This document shows, one piece after another, positions 1-10,308 of a stretch of 64,000 nucleotides of DNA. A program made the position numbers and the translations under genes. The notes below the pieces were generated by a model, which was not told the origin of the DNA, did no database searches, and saw nothing but the letters and a program-made list of their open reading frames with translations. How positions within the stretch are numbered: the stretch's first letter is position 1; each line of letters opens with the position of its first letter. Source of the stretch: Tubulanus polymorphus (taxonomy: Eukaryota; Animalia; Nemertea); the NCBI RefSeq assembly GCF_964204645.1, contig NC_134035.1, forward strand, positions 5,208,001-5,272,000, written 5' to 3'.

Positions 1-1170
1 AACCTAGCAACGAACAGTTACCGCCGACGATCGCGAGCGGAGACTCGATCTCGCCGAGCCGACCGATCGCGATGGCATTCGCGCCATCTGGTGTCTGGAA
101 AATTTAAAAGTTTCGATACAACGATGAAAATGATTCGTCTAATTCCAAAAGCGCATCTCTAAGGATAATCGCTGCACTTAGCAATAATTACAATCAAGGC
201 ATTGTTCATGATAAAATATCTAAAATACAAGATACGAGATTGCAATTACTTACAAGTTTAGGGTAAAATCTTCGATAAGCGATCAAGTATATGTAGCACT
301 AGTCAGTTACCTAATCGTAGGTGGTAAGCTTTTATAATCGGATGGAGAAAATATCCGATCGTGAAACTAAACCACAGACAGGTTATTGACTAATGTATCA
401 ACAATAAGATTCCCAAAGTTGGATCACAAACATCTGATTCCTTTTCTGAATATCTGGGGCTGGTTGGTTAGGCCTAATAGTTAACCAGCGGATAGTTGAC
501 ATAGTGACAATTAAAGGAGTTTCAAGCACCTTTAAAAGCATTTTCCGCGGAAAAGGTTTTTAAGGAATTGAGGAGTCATAGGGACCCTGTGGATATGAGA
601 AGACTGACAGGGATTCCATGAATAATGTAATCAATGACCTGTCTGTAGTTAAGTTTCACAATCGGATATTTTCATGTCGGAATAAGCCCATCCAATTATG
701 AAAGTGATAAGGTAAATAATTAGCTGGTGCCGGTACTTTACTTACATCTCTGTAAAACAGATCGGTATTATTAGCGACGTCGTAGGCCAGTAAATTCGTC
801 TGCGTTCCGACCATCAGGATATCGTTATCGGATTTCGGATCGAGCGGGCCGGCGTTTATAGCGCTGACCGCCTGATTGATATTCAACAGACTGATGTCAT
901 TATCGCTGTTTGATTCGATTCGACCTCCCGATGACTGATTACGCGTGTGCGGGTTGTGAATGAAAACCTGAGAAAGTAGAAAACGAATTTATAGAAAACC
1001 GTACGATTCATTTTGAAGATGAAACTGAGCTTTTATTGGATGTTAAATACCTTTCCAGCAGTCGTAGCACAGGTTAGACACGGGTGGACTCCATCATACT
1101 TTCCTATTGTGACCATACGTTGATTTATTTTATGATTGAGTTTTAACGTGAAGATCGGAACCAGCGGCAT
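1..1170 (-). CDS. BBS2: Bardet-Biedl syndrome 2 protein, first three coding exons (1170-1051, 967-746, 94-<1); gene continues beyond the window start
   Basis: Spliced translation [40 protein letters not shown]|VFIHNPH...[13 protein letters not shown]...[21 protein letters not shown]|[14 protein letters not shown]...[11 protein letters not shown] matches the BBS2 N-terminus; GT-AG introns keep the frame. Confidence 0.95.
300..393. mobile_element. ~95-bp MITE, inverted copy of the 5221-5319 element; a third degenerate copy lies at ~632-723
   Basis: Reverse complement of 5221-5319; ends TAGTCAGTTACCT...AGGTTATTGACTA; degenerate 9-bp flanks atgtagcac/atgtatcaa. Confidence 0.7.
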
Positions 1171-1199
1171 GGTGATCAAAATAGGTGATGAGGGACGCC

Positions 1200-1285
1200 G
1201 ATTGCCCTAGCGAGCAAATAAGTAGGACCGACGTGAGACAGACAGGGGATGGATTTGTTCTGTTACTTTTTTGGCTCCTGGCGAC
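1200..1285. promoter_or_regulatory. Possible RFX X-box-like motifs just upstream of BBS2
   Basis: ATTGCCCTAGCGAG (~1201) and GTCGCCAGGAGCC (minus, ~1273-1285) partly match the X-box GTNRCC-N0-3-RGYAAC; ciliary genes are typically RFX targets; matches are imperfect. Confidence 0.3.
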
Positions 1286-1451
1286 AAATGAAACTTTCGA
1301 TCATTAATCATTTCGGTTTGAATTTAAAGATCAAATAAAACTGCATCTTCTGATTATACCTACCGACTATTTCTATCCTTGATTCGATCAAAATTCGACG
1401 AAATAAACAACTTTTCTGTTTCAGAGGAATTTGCAATTTGAACTGTCAAAT

Positions 1452-1838
1452 GTCGACCGTCCAGTGCTGCCCCTATATAGATCGTTAGCGGTAAAAGTTT
1501 GAACTAACATGTTCGTTTCCGGGCCACACAGAATTGCTACTGTGGCATGCGAGCAATGGTTCGCGCTGTCATTAATGATAATTGTATCATTCAATATAAA
1601 GATAAAATTAAGGGCATTTTCTAAATAATATTTGTCAGCTATTTCTACCGTCAAAGTAGAGGAATTTCCCATCTAAATCTTATATATCATAACCCGTTAA
1701 GTGCTGCCACTTTACAGATCGTTAGCGGTGAAAGTGTGAACTATTCTGTACCTGAAAGAACATACTGTGGCATGCGAGTAATAGATTAGTTCAGACTTTT
1801 GCCGCCATCGATTTATAAAGGGGCAGCACTTGACGGTG
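1452..1838 (+). repeat. Two copies of a ~145-bp hairpin element (1452-~1665 degenerate; 1693-1838 complete)
   Basis: Arms CCGTYMAGTGCTGCC...GGCAGCACTTGACGG with conserved loop motif TACTGTGGCATGCGAG. Confidence 0.75.
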
Positions 1839-2039
1839 AAGACCCTCGCTTATCAGGGTTTGATTGCCCCCCTTGGGGCGTGGTGATGATTTAGAAATTA
1901 CGACGACAAAATCTATTTGAAATAGCCCACAATTCTAAGAAGTCATTTTCGGCCAAACGTCTCGAGGATCTTTTAATAAGTCAACCAAAATGCTGGGTCT
2001 CTTACCCGACTTTACTCGCGACGGCTCCCACGTGCTTCA

Positions 2040-4200
2040 AACTTCCCGCCCCGTAAACTAAAGCCCTTCCTGTTGCCCTTCCCTCGACAGAACCGAAACC
2101 ATTGACCAATGATATGGCCAGTGTATAGTAATACCTTTAGAAATCATTGGAGCTTATTTTGTTATTGGTGATGCAGCCAATCATCGAGTATAGAATTTAA
2201 GAGGTCATTTAAAAACTGGTGGGCGCTCGTATAAGCCATCATTACACTTGAAAACCCTACAAGGTGCTGAACTCTGTCGCCGGATAAACACAGATAGGAC
2301 ACGTTTTAAAAGAAGCGATTTTTATCGAATTTTTGGCCCAAAACGCAACGAACTGATGATACAACTCGACTTTTAACTCAGGATACGGAATTTGAAGACT
2401 TCAATAATCAACTCTTATAAGAATTAATTGAATAAACTTTTCAATCTGGTTCATCGCGATACAAGGTTGCTGTAAGGTAGGTGGAACATTTATTCAATAG
2501 CGGCAGAAATTTATGTTTGGCTTATATTTAGGAAATATAGTTTGGTACGTTTAGGTCAGGTCAGGTCAGGTTAGGTCAAGTTACATTAGGTTAAGTCAGC
2601 TCAATCAGGTCCCTGAGGAATGAGTTAGGAGAGGTTATTTCAAAAAGTTTGTGGGTTAGGTCATGGACTATTCGGTTTATAGTCCATGGTTAGGTGTAAC
2701 ATTGACTTTGACGTTGTGACTTAGACTTGGACTCAACTTCTTGCAAAATACAAGCTTCACTATGGCGAGTAGAGCTAGTTTCGGACTTAAGACCCAACAT
2801 CAAATAGCGCGGGCCAGATGACACCTCAAAAACATCTCGACATACTTTACAGATACAACAGATAGCGACAGAAACAAAACAATGTACAACACTGTTACAC
2901 GTTGAAATTATTAAACTCCGTTTTTCACAGGTCACAGCTAGAATAACACCACTTATCTATAAACTAACAACACTAATCTAAACGCGTCAAATATCGCGCA
3001 AATTATTCTAAATATCAAGCCATTTTTAGGTTGAAGTCATCTCACGCTGTTTTATCTTTAGGTGGTCTCGCACCGTTTTTTTTTAGAAGTCATCTCGCGC
3101 CGTTTTATTTTGAAGTCATTTCGTGCCGTTTCATTATGAATTCATCTCACGCAGTTTTTTTTAGAAGTCATCTCGCGCTCGCGCTGTTTTATTTTGAAGT
3201 CATTTCGCGCTGTTTTACTTTGACGTCTGACGTTTGACGGGTTAATCTCGGTGAAATTGTTCAAAATTCTAACTTGTTTTTCAATTTCAGGATGATCAAA
3301 CAAGCAATGATTCTAAATATCGAGCCATTTAATTTGAAGTCATATCGCGCCGTTTTATGTTGAAGTCATCTCGTACCGTTTTATGTTGAGGTCGTCTCGC
3401 GCTGTTTTATTTTGAAGTCATCTCGCGCTGTTTTATTTTGAAGTCATCTCGCGCTGTTTTATTTTGAAGTCATCTCGCGGTGTTTTATTTTGAAGTCATC
3501 TCGCGCTGTTTTATTTTGACGTCATCTCGCGCTGTTTTATTTTGAAGTCATCTCGCGCTGTTTTATTTTGAAGTCATCTCGCGCTGTTTTATTTTGAAGT
3601 CATCTCGCGGTGTTTTATTTTGAAGTCATCTCGCGCTGTTTTATTTTGACGTCATCTCGCGCTGTTTTATTTTGAGGTCATCTTGCGCTGTTTTATTTTG
3701 AAGTCATCTCGCGGGGTTTTTTTTGGAGCTAATCTCGGTGAAAATTGTTACGAATTCTAACTCGCTCGATTCGAGCGATTTGTTTTTCAATTTCAGGATG
3801 GACTTTTAACACATTACCCGAACTGACCTACCAGAACTGACTACCGACCTTAACTGAGACTTCACCTAGAAGTTAATGATTGGTAAGTTCAATTCGGGTC
3901 CAGTTGCGCAGGTAAGAATTAGCATTGGGACTGTTTGGGAGTTTAATCATTGAACACGATAACATACATGGGAACAAAAACTTAACTAATTATCATAAAG
4001 AATTGTTGCTAAATGCTCATCTTCACTTCAGCATTTTAAGAGACATCACAGATGACTGCAACGTCACTCCAGCATCTTAGATTACTGCGTCTTCACTCCA
4101 ACTCCCAGACACAACACAGTTGATCGCATCAGTCACAGACATCACAACTGACCGCATCTTCTTTAATCGCTATAAGCGGCTGTTTGGTGTAAAATAAATT
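2040..4200 (+). ncRNA. Candidate spliced non-coding transcript divergent from BBS2
   Basis: GC box ~2045, CCAAT/ATTGG boxes 2106-2181, TATA-like ~2230, donor ~2472-2477, acceptors at 2930, 3290, 3797, donor 3883, AATAAA ~4193; no ORF. Confidence 0.3.
3031..3726 (+). repeat. 26-bp minisatellite (GAAGTCATCTCGCGCTGTTTTATTTT) in two blocks, 3031-3236 and 3335-3726
   Basis: Directly visible 26-bp period; about 7 degenerate plus about 15 homogeneous units. Confidence 0.95.
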
Positions 4201-4830
4201 GTATCAATTTTGATTCTTGTGTTCTATGTCTATATTCCTGATTCGGACCATGTCGCACCTTTTTGGACACTGTAGAAGATTAGAGGATTCAGACCATTAC
4301 AGGCCCAATTCTCTTGGACGGTGAAATTTAGGACGGTGAAAATTAGGATTCGAACCCTAGCCCATTCTCTTATGGACGCCGAGAAAAACCAGAGGATAAA
4401 CCTTGCACGCCGTTATATCTTTAGACTTTAAAATTCGAATCCTTGCAGGTGACTTGGACTTAAGGCAAGACTTGCAATACTTCAGGAATCGAACTTCTGG
4501 CAGCCAGTTGCTCAAAAGTTAGTTAAAGATAACCGACGATCTATACGTGACGATGTCCTTTTGCCAACTATCCCCTGATCGGTTAACCTATCTAACCAAC
4601 TTTTAAGTAACTGCAACCCTTGAATATTGGGATTTTCTACGCGGAAGTTGGACTACACCGTGAGTCAAGAAGATACGCCGAGTCTACGGGTGTCTGGAAT
4701 TAGTCATTTTTGGGTGGAAACACTCAAAAATATCATTGTTACTTCGAGGAGATACAAAACTAATTGATGACTTGGTAATTCGAATCACACGATACTAAAC
4801 GCAGGCGAAGGCCCGCTTATGAATGAAATT

Positions 4831-4975
4831 GACCGTCAAGTGCTGTCGCTATATAGACCGTGGGTGGTAAAAATATGAACTCGCTCGCGCTGTAGCATGT
4901 TACTGTGGCATGCGAGTAATATGTTAGTTCACCCTTATACCGTCAATGCTTTATATAGAGGCAGCACTGGACGGC
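4831..4975 (+). repeat. Third copy of the ~145-bp hairpin element; isolated loop motif again at ~4995-5012
   Basis: GACCGTCAAGTGCTG...TACTGTGGCATGCGAGTAA...GGCAGCACTGGACGG. Confidence 0.75.
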
Positions 4976-5220
4976 ATAAGTTTATTTTATTCTTACTGTG
5001 GAATGCGAGTAAATTCAATCTACATTTTACTCGGTAGATTGCCAATGAAATAGCATAATTCACATGAAACGTCCTTTCAATTTGGTTACTAATTTAGTTG
5101 ATTTAACCTATGAGATATCAAGGCTACTCGAATCTTAACTGATTTATCAGTAAATAGAATCCGATGATTCATTAGCGGTTCTTCCGAGGTTAAACTGCAG
5201 CAATGCAGCATGTCCCGTGT

Positions 5221-5319
5221 TAGTCGGTAACCTGTCTGTGGTTTAGTTTCACGATCGGATATTTTCACAAACCCATCCGATTATAAAAAGCTTACCACCA
5301 ACGATTAGGTAACTAACTA
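5221..5319. mobile_element. 99-bp MITE with 9-bp TSD (Mutator-like TSD length)
   Basis: Flanked by GTCCCGTGT at 5212-5220 and 5320-5328; imperfect TIRs TAGTCGGTAACCT / AGGTAACTAACTA. Confidence 0.75.
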
Positions 5320-5509
5320 GTCCCGTGTGAGGACCTGGGGCCTGTGACGGGACATCCTTGTCCCGTTACAGGTCCCGAAAAGTGAATGTATCTTGACAAG
5401 TTTGGTGCCAATGGTATTAGTTACCGTTTGTTAAGCGTTACACTGCAAACAAAAGTAAAACTGAAGGGGGCAACTTAATGGCCCTAGATCAATTATCGTG
5501 AGAGAATTC

Positions 5510-5745
5510 CAAGTGAGAGCACCCGATTCAACACACTGTCCCGTGAGAGGACCAGACTCAACACACTGTCCTGTGAGAGGACCCGATTTTAAATACTGTC
5601 CCGTGAGAGGACCCGATTCAACTTACTGTCCCGTGAGAGGGCCCGGTTTCAAATCTGTCGCGTGAGAGGGCCCGATTCAACACACTGTCCCGTGAGAGGA
5701 CCCATTTTAAATACTGTCCCGTGAGAGGGCCACTGTTTCAAATCT
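5510..5745 (+). repeat. ~30-bp minisatellite (CTGTCCCGTGAGAGGACCCGATTCAACACA), about 8 units
   Basis: Directly visible tandem units. Confidence 0.9.
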
Positions 5746-5845
5746 GTTTCGAGTTAACTAGTGTTTTAAACGTTTTTGAACCTTTTTTGCCAAGGTTAAG
5801 ACAGGGGGCATAGAACTTTAAATGGATCAATAATGATTAAACCTA

Positions 5846-5943
5846 GGGCCCGGTTTTATAAACCGGTATTCCTTTAACCATGGGGCTGATCCAATTGAGT
5901 TAACCCCCGGATTAAAGGTGATACTAGTCTATAAAACCGGGCC
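5846..5943. mobile_element. PIF/Harbinger-like MITE (GGCCCGGTTTTATA TIRs); copies at ~33502-33599 and ~53109-53248
   Basis: TIRs GGCCCGGTTTTATA/TATAAAACCGGGCC flanked by TAG...TAG. Confidence 0.7.
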
Positions 5944-6029
5944 TAGATGTTTTAGAAATAATCGTTTTTAGCAGTTGCATGAAACCATTGTAATTAGAAA
6001 TTGGCCGACGCAGAATTGTTTGATTTTGT

Positions 6030-9000
6030 GTGTCAACAAATTATATATTTTTCAGTTCAGAAGTATGCAAGTCGCATTTGATCAATGCCTTAGCGTCGCG
6101 TACGATTAACTTAACCACGACCGTGACGACCAGGACGTGACCAGATATACATTGTTAACTTGAATCAGTTGGAAATATATGCTGTCATACGGAAGACGTA
6201 TAGCCTTACGGTTTAGTTTTTGAGATTTCGGAATATTTCCTCAAAGGAGCTGCAACTAAAAAATATGGAATTTCTTTGGAATACGCGTTCATCTGAACTA
6301 TCAACTTATCGTTCACAGCTGGATAAACTGCAACGATCAGTCCGAACTCTTACCTTAGAATAATCGGCGAATGAATGCTCAATTTCGGTGAAGATGGTGA
6401 CGCTTAGAAATCTGTAAGGAATAATACCCTTGTGCAATATCGGAACATAATAATCAGATGGTGTATCGAACAATGCGCGTGTTCATTTGAATAATAATCA
6501 AACGCGATCGCTTTGAGATGAAACAATGACGTACGTTACATTACGAGCGAGATTGATAATTTATTTTCAAACCGCGGTTGTAAAGTGGATTCTTGTTTGT
6601 TGTTTGTAAAATGATTGCGCAATTAGGAAATGCTCTATTCCCCTGGCATTAACTCGAACGTCAAAATCCCATCGATCACATCTTGATAAAACTGCAGCAA
6701 TCAGTGTATGAATTGATGATATGACATAAACTTGTGTAATATCGGGATATAATAAGATACTCAGTGATTGGAATAATTATCAAGTGTAGTAATTAAAAAC
6801 GTTAATGAGATATTGTATATTTTCATTAATTCAATTGTTTAGCGTTGATAAAGACTGATTTATTCTATGATATCGAGGTGAGTCGGATTCATGTTTATTC
6901 TTCTTTAATTCATTCATTCGCGATTGACCATAAAAAAACAAATATATCATAATCAATATTTTGTATTAGTATTTCGTTGTCGTTATTGTTCTATTCACTT
7001 GCCAGTTCAAAATCGAGCCGAAGCCACCCCTTCTCCAGGGCGGGCACGGAGAGCAGCCTAGACGCGAGAACGGACCGATACTCGCTTGCCAGGGCAAAAA
7101 GGGGTCAAGAAAGGCCAAAAAACGCGGGACCGGACCAATACTCACTTGCCAGGGCAAAAAGGAGCCAAAAAGGCCATTTTCACCCTAGGAAAGGCAGCCA
7201 ATATGCGGGACCGGACCTATACTCGCTTGCCAGGGCAAAAAGGAGCCAAAAAGGCCATTTTCACCCTAGGAAAGGCAGCCAATATGCGGGACCGGACCTA
7301 TTCTCGCTTGCCAGAGCAAAAAGGAGCCAAAAAGGCCATTTTCCCCCTAGGAAAGGCAGCCAATATGCGGGACCGGACCTATACTCACTTGCCAGGGCAA
7401 AAAGGAGCCAAAAAGGCCATTTTCACCCTAGGAAAGGCAGCCAATATGCGGGACCGGACCTATACTCGCTTGCCAGGGCAAAAAGGAGCCAAAAAGGCCA
7501 TTTTCACCCTAGGAAAGGCAGCCAATATGCGGGACCGGACCTATTCTCGCTTGCCAGAGCAAAAAGGAGCCAAAAAGGCCATTTTCCCCCTGGGAAAGGC
7601 AGCCAATATGCGGGACCGGACCTATACTCACTTGCCAGGGCAAAAAAGAGCCAAAAAGGCCATTTTCACCCTAGGAAAGGCAGCCAATATGCGGGACCGG
7701 ACCTATACTCGCTTGCCAGGGCAAAAAGGAGCCAAAAAGGCCATTTTCACCCTAGGAAAGGCAGCCAATATGCGGGACCGGACCTATACTCGCTTGCCAG
7801 GGCAAAAAGGAGCCAAAAAGGCCATTTTCACCCTAGGAAAGGCAGCCAATATGCGGGACCGGACCTATACTCGCTTGCCAGGGCAAAAAGGAGCCAAAAA
7901 GGCCATTTTCACCCTAGGAAAGGCAGCCAATATGCGGGACCGGACCTATACTCGCTTGCCAGGGCAAAAAGGAGCCAAAAAGGTCATTTTCCCCCTAGGA
8001 AAGGCAGCCAATATGCGGGACCGGACCTATACTCACTTGCCAGGGCAAAAAAGAGCCAAAAAGGCCATTTTCACCCTAGGAAAGGCAGCCAATATGCGGG
8101 ACGGACCTATACTCGCTTGCCAGGGCAAAAAGGAGCCAAGAAAGGCCAAAAAAGGCGGATCCGGACCTCTAGAATGCGGCACCGGACCAATATTCGCTTG
8201 CCAGGGACAAAAGGAGCCAAAAAGGCCAATTTCCCCCAAGAAAAGCAGCCATGACGCGGGACCATCAGAAAGGAATGAATAAAACAATCATATCAATCTT
8301 TATGAAATACTAATTATTATTCTTTTGTTTATTTTGCATCATACAGGAATTAATTCAGAAAGAAGAAACATGAATCCGACATAACGTCAAGTTTGAAAGA
8401 ATTCATTAAATAAACCTTACGAAAAATGTCTCACCAAAGGTTTATTAATTAGCGATCACGTCATTGTACGATACACTGATTAACAGCTTATTGTATCCTG
8501 ATATTAGAACAAGTTTATATTTCTTGCAGTTATTCCAAATCGAACATCTATTATCATAAGTTTTTGAAATTCATGTTTATCCAGATGTGAACGGTGAGTT
8601 TGAATGGACGACAAATAGGAATTCAGCTTACCCCCAAGTCTGAAAACAGATTGATTCTAATTAACCTGGAATCATAAGGCTCACTAATCGCCTCACAAAC
8701 ATTTTATCAATAAGCGATCACACTTGATTATCCGATGATCATTGTTCAATACACAGACTATCAGCGTATTACATCCCGATTTTAGAACAAGTTTATTCTT
8801 TTAAGACTTCTTAAGCGTCACCGAAATCGAGAATCCAATCTACGATATCATCAGCTCTAACACTGATCGGTGCGGTTTATCCAGGTGTAAACGATGAATT
8901 CCAATTTGTCTTGTTGAGTCGCGAATTCCCGTTCCAGAAACCTACGTACGCATTTTCTTGCAGCTCCGGAGTCAATGTCTTTATTCTCCGCACATACATA

Positions 9001-9280
9001 CTGATAGTGCAGCATACAGATACGAACGACAGTTTTTTTAAGTCTGATTTAGTGAGTTCCAAAAAATTTGATCCAATGTATTTTCTCGCAGAGTCGATAT
9101 CCTAAATCTATACAAAACTGTACGTGTGTCTCGAATGACAGCCGATATATCTCTAACTGATGTACAGAATGTATATATAGGCTAATCACGTCCCGGTCAC
9201 GGTCATGGTTCCAGTTAGTCGTGCGCAACAGGACACTGTTCAGAAATTGCATAAATGAAAAATGTTTTTATTATGTCAAA
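6030..9280. mobile_element. Fold-back element: diverged inverted arms (~6030-7000 and ~8275-9280) around an 81-bp tandem array
   Basis: Colinear motifs shared in inverted orientation (e.g. ACCRYGACCGTGAC, TTTCGGTGA/GACGCTTA, GTCGGATTCATGTTT); no transposase ORF; termini not resolved. Confidence 0.65.
7060..8262 (+). repeat. 81-bp satellite array, about 14 units
   Basis: Unit ACTCGCTTGCCAGGGCAAAAAGGAGCCAAAAAGGCCATTTTCACCCTAGGAAAGGCAGCCAATATGCGGGACCGGACCTAT; 27-aa periodicity in the ORF track. Confidence 0.97.
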
Positions 9281-10062
9281 AAGTGTTTCAGAAAGAAATC
9301 ATCATTCCGAAATAGCGTTCCGCATCAGTAATTAGGGTTAGGGATATGAACCCCACCCGTCATTCGGTAATAGCAGAGCAAAACATGAGATGAATAGAAG
9401 AAAAAAGCTTTCCATTTCATTCGGTTTTCCAATGGACATGGGTGGTTCAAATTCATACGATCATTTATAGCAGAAATCTCTCCATTCTTGACAAACATTC
9501 ACAATCCAGAAATGAATGTTAGAGTTATTTTTTGCCTTAACAACGAATTCATTCCACACCATATCTAAAAGTCGACAAACCATATGATGGTCTTCATGAA
9601 CTGCGTATGAATGCACAAGGAGAGCAATCCTGTTAGAATCAAATCTGGCCTAATATAATTCACAAAGTGACATTATCATCATTTATTTACTTTTCATTTT
9701 CGTTCTTTATTATAAAAAATATATAATGGTATTTTTGTTTTTTATGCAACAGTATATACGTACGATCACAGTGGAAAAACACACATAAATCAGAGTTTTG
9801 CTTAAAGCCGTTATCTTAAAATCTGAGTTAGAGTTAACTCTGAACTTACAATTCAGGATCCAGTTCCACAGTTGTGAGTTAAGTTAAAATCAGTTCATTT
9901 TCAATGAGTCAAATCTTAACTCTGAACTGTGGAACTGGGTCCAGCTCTACAGTCCCGAGTTAGAGTTAACTGCGAAGTGATCGAACTCATGCGTCAAATT
10001 GCATCCCAATGAAACGATATTCTCTCGACGACTAATTCCTATGTTTAGAAATCGCTGTATCG

Positions 10063-10308
10063 TCATAGATACGTAATAGTCGTCGAGTTTGATGCTATCG
10101 AATTCCAACTCGAAATGATTTTCAAGTCATTCGCGTCGAAGCCACAGTCCGGAAATGAAACATCGGTTTCTGTCACCGACCGAGGGAGACGAGGGGTGTT
10201 GAAAGCCCGGTGCTGACCGGTCGGGTCGCTGTATCGTTTTTGAACGTTCGCGTCTCCGTTCGATATCGAATATATTCCGTCCTCCGATGGCTCGATGAAG
10301 ACTTTCCC
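10063..10308 (-). pseudogene. Duplicated fragment of the SLCO last exon (81 codons + stop), followed on the minus strand by a copy of its 3'UTR
   Basis: Translates GKVFIEPSEDGIYSISNGDANVQKRYSDPTGQHRAFNTPRLPRSVTETDVSFPDCGFDANDLKIISSWNSIASNSTTITYL*, versus 27649-27894 with 5 aa differences and no indel. Confidence 0.9.

Noticed and set aside
3031-8262. CRISPR-like arrays
   Set aside because: Head-to-tail repeats without unique spacers, no cas genes, eukaryotic context
6977-8282. 425-aa and 398-aa basic repeat ORFs as protamine-like genes
   Set aside because: They follow from an 81-bp (27-codon) unit lacking stops in two frames; starts are non-ATG, both frames are equally open, and the mirror array is repeatedly frameshifted
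8877-9252. Small ORFs conserved between the arms (also 29855-30230)
   Set aside because: Conservation only reflects ~99% DNA identity; three overlapping frames and no recognisable domain
9333-9343. Interstitial telomere (TTAGGG)
   Set aside because: Only about two units; a common motif in repeats
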